A stretch of 64,000 nucleotides of DNA from Acidobacteriota bacterium (GTDB taxonomy: Bacteria > Acidobacteriota > UBA6911 > RPQK01 > JAJDTT01): contig CBDCJH010000002.1 of NCBI GenBank assembly GCA_965217775.1, positions 672,001-736,000 of the forward strand. The letters run 5' to 3'. Positions 51,501 through 58,873 of this stretch are shown here, in pieces. The position numbers and the translations under genes were made by a program. Every line of letters starts with the position of its first letter. The first letter of the stretch is position 1. The notes beneath the pieces are model-generated. The model saw only the letters and a list, made by a program, of their open reading frames with translations, searched no databases and was not told the origin of the DNA.

Positions 51501-54500
51501 CGCGTTTAGGGGCAGTGCGGTGGATATGACTCTCTCCTCCGCGGTGGCGCATTGGGAGACGGGGATCCGTGTGAGCTACACGGTCCCGACCGGGATGGGG
51601 GCGATGCCGATTCAGGACCGGGCCGGCAACGACGCGGACGGACTGAGCAGCGTGCCGGTGATAAACGAGACGCCGGACCGTATCCCTCCCACGGTCACTT
51701 CCATCGAGATCACCTCGGATCCGCCGGACGGCCGGGATGTCTACGGCATCGGCGAGGAGATCGAGGTGACGGTGACGTTCAGCGAGACGGTCACGGTGTC
51801 CGGGAACCCGGGAGTGACGCTGAAGGTGGGGGCACGGGATCGATCGGCGACCTACGAGAGCGTCACGGGGGCGGTGGTCGTGTTTGCCTACACGGTGGCC
51901 GTCAACGACAGCGACACGGACGGGGTGAGCATCGAGGCGGGCAGCCTGTCGGGCGGGACGATTCGGGACATCGCCAGGAACAATGCGGTCCGGACCCACT
52001 CGGCGGTAGCGGCCGATACGGGACAGCAGGTGGACGGCATCAAACCCGTACTGGCGACGACCGACGGGGCGGTGGCGAACGGAACGATGCTGACGCTGGC
52101 CTACAGCGAGCCGCTGAATTCGTCGTCGGAGCCGGACAACGACGCCTTCTCCGTGACGGGAGGGAACGAGACGCGAACGGTCACCAACGTCCAGGTAAGC
52201 GGGAGTGCAGTGGAGCTGACCGTGGATCCGGCGGTGGAGCATGGAGAGACGGGGCTGCGGGTGAGCTACACGATCCCGACGGGAACGGGAGCGAACCCGA
52301 TCCAGGACCAGGCGGGCAACGACGCGGACCGGTTGAGCAACCGGAGCGTCACCAACGTCACGGGAGACACGACGGGACCGGCGGTGCAGACGATGAGGAT
52401 CACCTCAAGTGCGGTTTCGGATTCAACTTACGCCAGAGACGATTCCATCGAGGTGACCGTGACGTTCAACGAGACGGTGGTGGTGACGGGTACACCGCGG
52501 TTGACGCTGAACGTAGGCGGACGGAATCGAACGGCGGAGTACCTGAGTGTCTCGGGCTCGGCCGTGAAGTTCGAGTACAAGGTCGTCTCGGGCGATCGGG
52601 ACCGGGACGGGGTGAGTATCGACGCGGACAGCCTGTCGCGGGGCGGGGGGACGATCCGCGACGGAGCGCGGAATGACGCGACCCTGACTCACGCGGGGGT
52701 GGCGGCCGATTCGCGGCACAAGGTGGACGGAGTGCGCCCGATGCTGGCCACGACGGACGGGGCGGTGGCGAACGGAACGACATTGACGCTGGCCTACAGC
52801 GAGCCGTTGAACTCGTCCTCGCGACCGGCGGCGAGCGCCTTCACCGTGACGGGGGGCAGTGAGACGCGAACGGTGACGCGGGTGTCGGTGAGCGGGAACG
52901 CCGTTTTCCTGACGTTGAGCCCGGCGGTGCAAGACGGAGAGTTCGGCCTCGGTTTGAGCTACCAGCCGGGATCGAATCCGATCCGGGACGTGGTGGGCAA
53001 CGCGGCGGACGAGTTGAACAACGAACCGGTCACGAACCGGACGGGAGACACGGCGGGGCCGAAGGTCGAGACGGTGAGGATCACGTCGAACGCGGGGTCG
53101 GATCAGACCTATGCCATCGGCGAGACCATCGAAGCGACAGTGGCATTCGACGAGACGGTGTTGGTGACAGGCACGCCGCGCCTGACGTTGAACGTGGGAG
53201 GCCGGAGCCGGACGGCGAACTACCAGGACGTCACGGGGGCGGCCGTGAGGTTCGCATACCAGGTGGTCTCGGGCGACACGGCCGCGTATGGGGTGAGGAT
53301 CGATGCGAACCGCCTGTCGGGCGGGACGATCCGCGACGGCGCTCAGAACAACGCCGTGCTGAACCACGCTCCGGTGGCGGCCGATACCCAACACCAGGTG
53401 GACGGGGTCAAGCCGACGCTGGCGACCAGCGACGGAGCGGTGGCGAACGGAACCACGTTGACCCTGGTCTACGGCGAGCCATTGGATACCTCTCCGCTGC
53501 CGTCGACGGACGACTTCACCGTTACGGGAGGGAGCGAGACCCGGACGGTCACGTTGGTTCGGGTCGACGGGAGTGCCGTTTTCCTGACGCTGAGTTCGGC
53601 AGTAACGGACGGAGAGAGCAGCCTGCGAATGAACTACGAGCCGGGATCGAACCCGATCCAGGACACGGCCGGCAACGATACGGATCGGTTGAGCAACCGA
53701 AGCGTCGCGAACAAGACGGGAGACACGTCGGGCCCGACGGTGTCGACGGTGCGGATCACGTCAAGTGCGGGGTCGGACCGGACCTACGGGAAGGACGAGA
53801 CCATCGAAGTGACGGTGACGTTCAACGAGACGGTGGTGGTGACGGGGACGCCCGAAGTGACCCTGAACGTCGGCGGCCGGAACCGAACGGTGGAGTATCG
53901 GAGCGTCTCGAACCGGGCGGTGAAGTTCACCTACCGGGTGGTGACGGGCGACGAGGACGAGGGCGGCGTGAGCATCGAGGCGAACCGGTTGTCGCGAGCC
54001 GGTGGGACGATCCGGGACGGGGCGGGCAATGACGCCACCTTGGACCATACGGCCGTGGCGGCCAGTACGAGCCACCAGGTGGACGCGGTGGCTCCGGCCC
54101 TGGCCCTCACCGACCCGGCGGTGGTGAACGGGGCGACGCTGACGCTGACCTACCACGAACCGCTGAATACGTCCTCCCGGCCGGCCGCGAGCGACTTCAC
54201 CATCGCTGGGGGCAACGAGACGCGAACCGTGACCGCGGTCCGGATCGGCGGGAGCACGGTGCAGTTGACGCTGAGTCGCCGGGCGGAACACGCAGAGATG
54301 GGGATCCGGGTGAGCTACGAGCGGCGATCGAATCCGATCCGGGACCGGGTGGGCAACGACGCCGAGGGGTTCACAGATACGTTCGTAGACAACCAGACGC
54401 CGGACACGACGGCGCCGTCGATCGAAGGGATCGAGCTCAGTTCGGACCCGGGGACGGACGAGACGTACGCTATCGGAGACCTGATCTCGGTGACGGTGCG

Positions 54501-57228
54501 TTACGACGAGACGGTGACGGTGGACACGGTGCGGGGGACGCCGACGCTGGATCTTCTGGTGGGGACCTGGAGGAAGCGGGCCAGCGCCAGTGTGGGACCG
54601 GACCGACCGGCCGTGGTGTTCGTCTACACGGTGGAGAAAGGGGACGAGGACGAGGATGGAGTGAGCGTCCCGCGGGGGAGCATCGCGCTCAACGGCGGGA
54701 AGATCCTGGACCTGTCGGACAATGCGGCGGCGCGCAATTATGAGGCGCTGGAGGCGCAGGCGGACCACAGGGTGGATGGGGCGGAACCGGAACTGGAAGA
54801 CGTTACGGTGTACGGGTCGCGGGTGGCACTGACCTACGACGAGGCGCTGGATGAGGGCTCGATACCGTCGAATTCCGACTTCGAGGTGACGGTGGAGGGG
54901 AATGATCGGCCGGTGGTTCAGGTCGAGGTCAGAGGCAGCATCATCATCTTGACGCTGGCCTCAGCGGTGGGGGCCGGCGAAACAGTAACGGTGAGATATA
55001 CGCCGGGGTTGGACCCGATCCAGGACAAGGTGGGGAATGGGACCGAGGTGTTGACCAACCGACGGGCCGACCCGCCGCTGGTGACCATCGAAGCCAGGCA
55101 GGGATCGGAGACGGTGACGGAAGGCACGACGGTGGAGTTCACGCTGACGCGGGGGCCGCCTACGGAAGCGTCATTGACGGTGAACGTGGAGGTCACCGAA
55201 AGGGGGTCGGTGATCGAGACGTCGGGGTCATACGAGCCGCCGGAAGAAGTCGTTTTCCAGGCCCGGCAGGAGGCGGCGACGCTGTCGGTGCTGACCGATG
55301 ATGACGACGTGGCCGAATCCGCCGGAAGAGTCACCGCCCGGCTGCAGCCAGGAGACGAGTACCGGCTGGGACCGACGTCGACGCAGAGCGCCCAGGTGAC
55401 GGTTCAGGACAACGAAGTCGCTCCCCCTCCGCCACCACCCCCACCGCCGCCTCCTCCGCCTCCTCCACCGCCTCCTCCGCCACCGCCCCCACCGCCACCG
55501 CCCCCACCGCCTCCTCCTCCGCCCGCCCAGACGGCGCCCACGGCGCCCTTGAACCTGCAGGTGGAGGCCGGGGAGAGTGAGGTGACGCTCTCCTGGGAGG
55601 TGCCCGAGAGCGACGGCCGCTCGGTCATCATCGATTACGAGGTCCGGATCGACCGGACGGGCGAGTGGATCTCCACCGGGTCGGCGGACCGGACTCACAC
55701 CGTGAGCGGACTGACCAACGGCCGGACCTACGTCTTCGAAGTGCGAGCGGTGAACGCAGTCGGTCCGAGTCCTCCGTCCGACCCAGTCGAGGCCACGCCC
55801 ATAGCGGACGAGGTGATCCTGGAATTCGCCCATTTCGGAAATGGGTATTCGAGCAACGACGTGCTGATCACCTCCGACTTGGTCTTGGTGAACGTCGGTG
55901 AGGATGAGATCCGTCCCGTCGTCTATTTCCATGGCCGGCCGGGAGATCTCTTGGCGGCCGAATCATTGGTGGATTTGGGGAACGATCTGAAAATTCAAGA
56001 GGACGGAGGACTGTCCACCGGCACGGCAGTGCCCCCGTTGGGCGAACTGACGATCTCGACCCACGGACGGGGAGAAGTGGTCACGGGATCGATCCAGGTC
56101 GTGTCGGATGGACCCATGGGCGGCGTGGTGCGCTTCGACATCCCCGGAATCGGGGTCGCCGGCGTGGGCGCCAGCGAACCCACCGGGGACGCCCTGTTCC
56201 CGGCTCGGCGGCAGGCGGGAAGGATCCGCACGGCGGCGGCGATCCACAACTTGGGGATGGAGGCCGTGGACGTGCAGTGCCGGTTGATGAAAAACGGAAT
56301 GGTGCTGGAAGAGGGGGAGATTCCGTTGAGCGCCAACGGTCAGGACGCCAAGTTTCTCGAAGAACTGTTCACCGTGACAGACACGACGGACTTCGTGGGG
56401 TCGGTGCGCTGTACGGTCCCGGCAGGCGAGTCGTTTACGGGCGTGGCGGTGGAGATGGATGACGGCAACGGGATCTTCACCACCCTGCCGGTGGTCCCGG
56501 TGAATCCTCAGGGCTCCCAAGGGGAGGGAACGACTCTGACTTTCGCGCACTTCGCCAATGGGACTTCCGACGACGGGACCTTGATCACGTCGGGTCTGGT
56601 GCTGGTGAACGTGGCCGCTTCGACGGCCCGTCCCGCCATCTACTTCTACGATCAGCGCGGCGAACTGCTGGAGCCGGAATCGACGGTGGACGTCGGAGAG
56701 GATCTTCGAGTCCGAGAGGACGGAGGACTGACGGTCCGAACGGCCATGGCTCGACTGGGCGAGCTGACGGTCTCGACGCATGGCCGGGGAGCGGTGGTGA
56801 CGGGATCGGTGCAAGTGGTGTCGGCGGGGGCTATGGGCGGTGTCCTGCGTTTTGACATCCCCCGCGTCGGCGTTGCCGGGGTGGGCGCGAGCCGACCCAC
56901 GAAGGACGCGCTGTTCCCGGCGCGCCGGCAAGCGGGAGAGGTCCGCACGGCGGCGGCGATCCGCAACCTGGAAGCGGAACGGACGACGGTTCGCTGTTGG
57001 CTGATGCGCGGGGGGTTGGAACTGGAATGGGTGGACATCCATCTCGCCGGCAACGGGCAGCACGCCGGGTTCATCGAAGAGCTGTTCACACGAACGGACA
57101 CGACGGACTTCGTGGGTTCGGTGAGATGCAGGGCGCCCGGGGAAGAGATGTTCACGGGAGTTGCGGTGGAACTGGACACCGGCAACCGGATCTTCACCAC
57201 GCTACCGGTGGTTCCAATTCAACCGTGA
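42502..57228 (+). CDS. giant (4908 aa) secreted/surface protein: S8-like protease, GLUG-repeat modules, FN3, SwmB/Ig-like repeats, Calx-beta-like domain, poly-Pro tract, two C-terminal modules
   Basis: Uninterrupted ORF with a signal-like N-terminus. It contains GIGVLSDG/EGTAMLE/GVSSAAPH, VGGLVG repeats, LTLxYxExL...DxAGN SwmB-like units, a 34-Pro run, an FN3 domain (YVFEVRAVN) and a tandem FAHF...FTTLPVVP module. Confidence 0.9.
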   Translation: MKKRDYPLGIASTSGARWRGLLGAFAVISLLVEPIQTQQPQAVAGGAFARKAGPEDPALWQEFRSAARVSVRDVRRIPGGGPSRGSVLRQTAAMRRTHGVDGTGIGIGVISSGVAPLETGDAPDDLLDRVTVLPGQAGEGDAGMAALGTLRDLAPGAELYFATGLGGPARFAANVEALCRAGADIIVDEVFDFQETIHQGGVKAQGIARAVRDGCVYVSAAGDRPGADSRSAARTCVTATTPDFSTLCGSAATPVQASALAALILEAAGGRHSVTAGELRAAVSGAALRIASPTAAIEGTKRPTVSKIEMSSIPPDDREVYGVGDSIEITVTFSEIVNVIGTPLLGLDVGNVTRHAVYTGGTGTAALTFSYSVAEGDEDTDGVSLEADSLSLGNGVIEDGSENPAVLGHAGSEDQAGQRVDGIRPSLVTGDEATVTGARLTLKYDEPLDRSSAPPAGDFRVTVGGEGREVTAVAVAGSTVALKLASPVGRGEPVTVSYAAPAPGTAEPIRDPAGNESTAFSNQSVANRTGEATDQAGRKLSAKTAKQIQAILAAKAQRTPAQKKVSSELLDARRMAGGVIVSDKAGKRAAPGTDPLKEPVTVDIRADVTPEVLDRIRSLGGTVIDSVPRYRSIRARLPLGAVETLAELDAVQSIRTADKAMTRGPVKRLPSALRAVAGDRPVTRKVNTTQGDVAHQAKLARDTHKVDGTGIGIGVLSDGVGSLGARQASGDLPDRVTVLPGEAGEGYEGTAMLEIVHDLAPGAELYFATALGGQARFAANIEALCEAGADVIVDDVGYLFEGAFQDDIVAKGVNVAVADGCYFFSAGGNNGNLNDGTAGVWEGDYAAGSSITLDGTTFVAHNFGEGVIQNEITQESDFGTYILQWADPLEASGNDYDLFLIDEHGNVLDKSTSTQDGTQDPFETVYSDEADHAGARLVIVKTSGSNRYLRLDTLGGQLAVATAGNLYGHSAAENAIAVAAVGVHTAGGTGGVFDGTESVRTSNSDGPRRIFFEPDGTPVTAGNFSSTGGDLLQKPDLAAATCVRTATPGFSIFCGVSSAAPHAAAIGALMLEAAGGPGNLTQSELVTGMTGASLDIEATGVDRDSGAGIVMAPGAVDAVDVAAADRNGAPTEMGTLPDRTFGPGDAAVTIDLSTKFTDPDSDPLTYEALSSDDRVEVVVTDSDLTVTPRLPSAATVLVRAVDPDGLGAVRDFSVSVALGNRDYDGDDDNLIDVSNLAQLDAIRYDRNGDGVVDGMNWQPYYDAFEEAAESMGCPDRCIGYELRSDLDFDTDGDGGVDSDDTYWNGGDGWEPIGDSSDPYTAIFEGNSQSIANLFIDRASDDGVGLFGYVDRGLFGLAEILDVDLVAVDVAGEDLVGGLAGEVKAALVVGSRATGQVSGGDDVGGLVGWSDSLIADSFAAVQVSGTEAVGGLVGNQFDGWIIRSYANGDVSGDYAVGGLVGSSNDPIRACYATGRVSGEGVRRTGVDNCEFGGVGGLVGNACSLIRASYATGTVSGNAVVGGLAGAVSSEVRFRYSYWDLETSGLRVGVGENDLNSNGLIDGSETQMVGLAGQTTANLQAPTDYDGIYENWNLDVDLDGKPDTPWDFGTSSQYPVLATDLNRNGRSTWQEFGYQVRPGLTLTAATTDGQAQVDLSWSAVSTSPWSPAPDVSYDLIRDDGTMEETLAEGTTARQHTDTDVTTGNTYTYRVTALLDSGEVARSRPVSVIVGEASQSPVAVGALEDLTLRVGEGTKDVDISGAFMDPESDTLTYGASSSATGVATVTRSAARLTITPVASGRTTITATATDTSGSNTAATQRFTVEVWSATEVDYDSDEDGLIEIATLAQLDAVRHDLDGDGTPVANGKTSYDAAFADAVERMGCSRLGGCVGYELASDLDFDTDGDGDVDSGDDYWNGGDGWIPIGGDGSIFTSAAFAAANPFLAIFDGNGHTVSNLFIDTDNPILVGLFGYSFIGIGNLGLIDVDVTGAELTGGLVGFNRGLILGCYVAGRVSAADNVGGLAGMNFSDGAIRGSYSTAYVSGDDDVGGLVGDNRNEISASYATGRVSGNTDAGGLVGNNKSAGEITASYATGPASGDANVGGLVGSDEGGTITNSYWDTRTSGLRSGSAGTGRTTAQLQSPTSYGGIFRNWNLDLYGDDDKDDLWDFGTSSQYPVLSIDVDGNDDTTWEEFGYQLRKGPVVTATSTTRSPDPAQVVVTWTEVAVNSEWMPAPTVSYTVTRVDGDTVETLAEDLSVRTYTDSDVTADEDYTYQVAAVVFGGEATRSARVTVKARGNGAPMPVGYLPDRTLRVGDSAMTEFSGAFQDPEGDAIIYGISSSDTSVVLVTRSGTRLTMTPVGEGDAVITVTATDDGSNRSSTQEFKVVVLSTSTTDYDTDDDGLIEISNLEQLDAVRHDLDGDGLPSSGYATYIAAFSGAGDELACGGLFGCVGYELRADPDFDTDNSGAVDRGDNYWNSGAGWVPIGDSSSSFAAIFEGNARTITNLFIDGSGNDVGLFGETTSSAVIRNLEMVAVQVTGTDQVGGLVGSNNGAVSGCFATGKVSGDDDVGGLIGANLSDGAVTVSYSTVHVTGDDRVGGLIGSNSGVVTAAYATGRVVGDFEAGGLIGRNTGDVNISYATGLVSGRSTIGGLVGRNSGGGRITDSYWDSDTSGRTTGSYGQPQNTSALQMPTDTSGIYQNWNVDLNGDSMNDDPWVFGTSSQYPVLSVDTNGVGGATWQEFGEQIRNSPALMATPALGQVTLTWSAVSNVTYNLYRTSGSTVEIISENTSSRAYVDTDVTAGATYVYQVAAVINSGEASRSMRVSVVVPIPDVTDPTVSKVEITSDPGSDSTYALRDVIEVTVTFSEDVFVTGSPELTLRVGDEDRTADYQSVTDEEMLFRYRVDTGDVDTNGVSIAANSLSVNGGTIEDGSDNEADPDHRALGNNSRHKVDGIRPELAPTRGAVVNGTTLTLTYTEPPDSTSMPPSSAFFVSGGASSRTVSGVAFRGSAVDMTLSSAVAHWETGIRVSYTVPTGMGAMPIQDRAGNDADGLSSVPVINETPDRIPPTVTSIEITSDPPDGRDVYGIGEEIEVTVTFSETVTVSGNPGVTLKVGARDRSATYESVTGAVVVFAYTVAVNDSDTDGVSIEAGSLSGGTIRDIARNNAVRTHSAVAADTGQQVDGIKPVLATTDGAVANGTMLTLAYSEPLNSSSEPDNDAFSVTGGNETRTVTNVQVSGSAVELTVDPAVEHGETGLRVSYTIPTGTGANPIQDQAGNDADRLSNRSVTNVTGDTTGPAVQTMRITSSAVSDSTYARDDSIEVTVTFNETVVVTGTPRLTLNVGGRNRTAEYLSVSGSAVKFEYKVVSGDRDRDGVSIDADSLSRGGGTIRDGARNDATLTHAGVAADSRHKVDGVRPMLATTDGAVANGTTLTLAYSEPLNSSSRPAASAFTVTGGSETRTVTRVSVSGNAVFLTLSPAVQDGEFGLGLSYQPGSNPIRDVVGNAADELNNEPVTNRTGDTAGPKVETVRITSNAGSDQTYAIGETIEATVAFDETVLVTGTPRLTLNVGGRSRTANYQDVTGAAVRFAYQVVSGDTAAYGVRIDANRLSGGTIRDGAQNNAVLNHAPVAADTQHQVDGVKPTLATSDGAVANGTTLTLVYGEPLDTSPLPSTDDFTVTGGSETRTVTLVRVDGSAVFLTLSSAVTDGESSLRMNYEPGSNPIQDTAGNDTDRLSNRSVANKTGDTSGPTVSTVRITSSAGSDRTYGKDETIEVTVTFNETVVVTGTPEVTLNVGGRNRTVEYRSVSNRAVKFTYRVVTGDEDEGGVSIEANRLSRAGGTIRDGAGNDATLDHTAVAASTSHQVDAVAPALALTDPAVVNGATLTLTYHEPLNTSSRPAASDFTIAGGNETRTVTAVRIGGSTVQLTLSRRAEHAEMGIRVSYERRSNPIRDRVGNDAEGFTDTFVDNQTPDTTAPSIEGIELSSDPGTDETYAIGDLISVTVRYDETVTVDTVRGTPTLDLLVGTWRKRASASVGPDRPAVVFVYTVEKGDEDEDGVSVPRGSIALNGGKILDLSDNAAARNYEALEAQADHRVDGAEPELEDVTVYGSRVALTYDEALDEGSIPSNSDFEVTVEGNDRPVVQVEVRGSIIILTLASAVGAGETVTVRYTPGLDPIQDKVGNGTEVLTNRRADPPLVTIEARQGSETVTEGTTVEFTLTRGPPTEASLTVNVEVTERGSVIETSGSYEPPEEVVFQARQEAATLSVLTDDDDVAESAGRVTARLQPGDEYRLGPTSTQSAQVTVQDNEVAPPPPPPPPPPPPPPPPPPPPPPPPPPPPPPPPPPAQTAPTAPLNLQVEAGESEVTLSWEVPESDGRSVIIDYEVRIDRTGEWISTGSADRTHTVSGLTNGRTYVFEVRAVNAVGPSPPSDPVEATPIADEVILEFAHFGNGYSSNDVLITSDLVLVNVGEDEIRPVVYFHGRPGDLLAAESLVDLGNDLKIQEDGGLSTGTAVPPLGELTISTHGRGEVVTGSIQVVSDGPMGGVVRFDIPGIGVAGVGASEPTGDALFPARRQAGRIRTAAAIHNLGMEAVDVQCRLMKNGMVLEEGEIPLSANGQDAKFLEELFTVTDTTDFVGSVRCTVPAGESFTGVAVEMDDGNGIFTTLPVVPVNPQGSQGEGTTLTFAHFANGTSDDGTLITSGLVLVNVAASTARPAIYFYDQRGELLEPESTVDVGEDLRVREDGGLTVRTAMARLGELTVSTHGRGAVVTGSVQVVSAGAMGGVLRFDIPRVGVAGVGASRPTKDALFPARRQAGEVRTAAAIRNLEAERTTVRCWLMRGGLELEWVDIHLAGNGQHAGFIEELFTRTDTTDFVGSVRCRAPGEEMFTGVAVELDTGNRIFTTLPVVPIQP

Positions 57229-57265
57229 TTCCTCAAGGGGAGTGACGACCGGCGGGGCGACTGGA

Positions 57266-57312
57266 GGCGACTTTCTTGTCGCCCTCTTGGGAAGGGCGAC
57301 TTTCAGTCGCCC
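57266..57312. repeat. two REP-like palindromes between convergent genes
   Basis: GGCGACTTTCTTGTCGCC and GGGCGACTTTCAGTCGCCC; the second overlaps the stop codon of the 57303 gene. Confidence 0.72.
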
Positions 57313-57755
57313 GCGAACCTCTCCCCGGCCCAGCCCATGGCGGCTCCTCCCAAGACGAACAGAACCAGGCCATCGACGCCCCACCAGACCACGATCGTCA
57401 TGGGCAGGGCGATCACTCCCGAATAGCCCAACAAAGTGACGAAAGAGAAAATGCCCATATAGAGCCCCCACGTCATCCCGCATTTCCAGCCGGGACCCTC
57501 GAAAGCCTTGCGCAGACAACTGTAAAGGCCGGCTACGACCAGACTGCTGATCAGTGACACGACGATCCAACGCGGCATGACGGCCGCCAAATCGGGTGGG
57601 TCCTGCCGCAGGGGTTCGATCCACAGCATCTCGGTTGCTCTGTACATCGGGTCGAGGATTGAGTTGTGGATGATGGGGCCGGTGACACCCAATCCCAAGA
57701 TGTTGGTTACCAGCCAGAAGACCAGTCCACCGATAACGATCAGTTTCCAGTTCAT
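57303..57755 (-). CDS. small 4-TM membrane protein (DUF1761-like)
   Basis: 150 aa with four hydrophobic segments; strong AGGAGG RBS. Confidence 0.75.
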   Translation of the reverse strand: MNWKLIVIGGLVFWLVTNILGLGVTGPIIHNSILDPMYRATEMLWIEPLRQDPPDLAAVMPRWIVVSLISSLVVAGLYSCLRKAFEGPGWKCGMTWGLYMGIFSFVTLLGYSGVIALPMTIVVWWGVDGLVLFVLGGAAMGWAGERFAGD

Positions 57756-57847
57756 TCGCCTCCTCCTTTACTCGGTCTCGGATATCCGGTTCTTCCGCAC
57801 GATCAGCGCTATTTCCGGGGACCGTCCTCGTCGTAGATCACGCCAAT

Positions 57848-58288
57848 TCATGGACTCGATGACTCGGCGAACCACCGTTCAACGTGCCCCGCGAACTCCT
57901 CGAAGTCATCGAGTTGTCCGGAGAGGATCTCGGCGATCAGGTCGAGGTCGACATCCAGGTAACCATTGACAAGCACCTTCCGGAAACCGGCGATCCGCCG
58001 GAACCGTTCCCCGAAGCGCGGCGGCAGGACCTCGGCCTCGACCAGGCAGTCGATGGACGATCCGTACGTCACCGGGTCGAAGCCCAAGGCTGAACCGAGA
58101 TGAGTCGCGATGTCGAGGGCCGCTTGAGCGGCTAGTTGAAGCCCGTGTTCGATGGCCCAGCGGCGGTCGATATCGGCGCGAAGCTCCTGCGGCGTGCATC
58201 CGGCGTGTCGGCGCAGTACGGTAGCGGCCCGCCGCAGCGCGATGAGCCGTCTCTCCACGGCACGGTGATCCGGGCGGCCGGGAGTCAC
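57848..58288 (-). CDS. hepT: HEPN/DUF86 (HepT-like) toxin with a degenerate RNase motif
   Basis: WAIEHGLQLAAQAALDIA; GFRKVLVNGY in place of RNxLxHxY; GTGA overlap with the MNT gene. Confidence 0.85.
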   Translation of the reverse strand: MTPGRPDHRAVERRLIALRRAATVLRRHAGCTPQELRADIDRRWAIEHGLQLAAQAALDIATHLGSALGFDPVTYGSSIDCLVEAEVLPPRFGERFRRIAGFRKVLVNGYLDVDLDLIAEILSGQLDDFEEFAGHVERWFAESSSP

Positions 58289-58740
58289 CGCCGATCCTCG
58301 TTGGCGGTGCCGGCGGCATGCCGTCGTGCACGGTCCATCTTGTCCAGTTGCGGCAGGAAATCGAAGTAGCGGGAGAGCGCCTGTCCTGCACGTGTGGTCG
58401 TCGCCCGGAGGTCCCGCGACAGAAACCGGACACCGTCACGCAGAACCCGGTGGTACAAGAGAATGGAGGCCCTGTTGAGCACGACGACGTCGACGTCGTT
58501 CGTGCCGAGCGCCACCATGAGGTCGGTCGTGAGTTGCGCCTGATAGCCCCAAGCGCCGTCATCGGCCACGCCGTCATCGATGTAGACGGCGACGTCGATG
58601 TCACTGTGCGGTTGCGCCTCACCACGGGCATGAGATCCGAAGAGGTAGGCTTCGAGGATCTCCTCCCGTCCCTCCAATGCATTCGTGAGCCGCGCGAGGA
58701 GATCGCCGTGCAGTTGGTCGCGTCCCAGAGTGCCCATCAT
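58285..58740 (-). CDS. mntA: minimal nucleotidyltransferase antitoxin (MntA-like)
   Basis: YLFGSHARGEAQPHSDIDVAV (GS-X10-DXD), VDVVVLN. Confidence 0.9.
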   Translation of the reverse strand: MMGTLGRDQLHGDLLARLTNALEGREEILEAYLFGSHARGEAQPHSDIDVAVYIDDGVADDGAWGYQAQLTTDLMVALGTNDVDVVVLNRASILLYHRVLRDGVRFLSRDLRATTTRAGQALSRYFDFLPQLDKMDRARRHAAGTANEDRR

Positions 58741-58873
58741 GATGCCCTCGACTCATTGACCAGGGTTCGATGCCGCGTCGGATCGACCATATCCTCTCGA
58801 GCCCCTTCTATCTACCGCCAGGAGTCTTGGACGGTGTTGAACGGAGCCGGATATGGGTTTCTCCGGTTTTCCA

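Noticed and set aside
45900-55065. Repeats of the giant gene as a diversity-generating retroelement (TR/VR pair)
   Set aside because: No reverse transcriptase is present, and by eye the differences between repeats are not adenine-specific.
55404-55631. Poly-Gly ORF on the minus strand
   Set aside because: It is the antisense reading of the poly-Pro tract.
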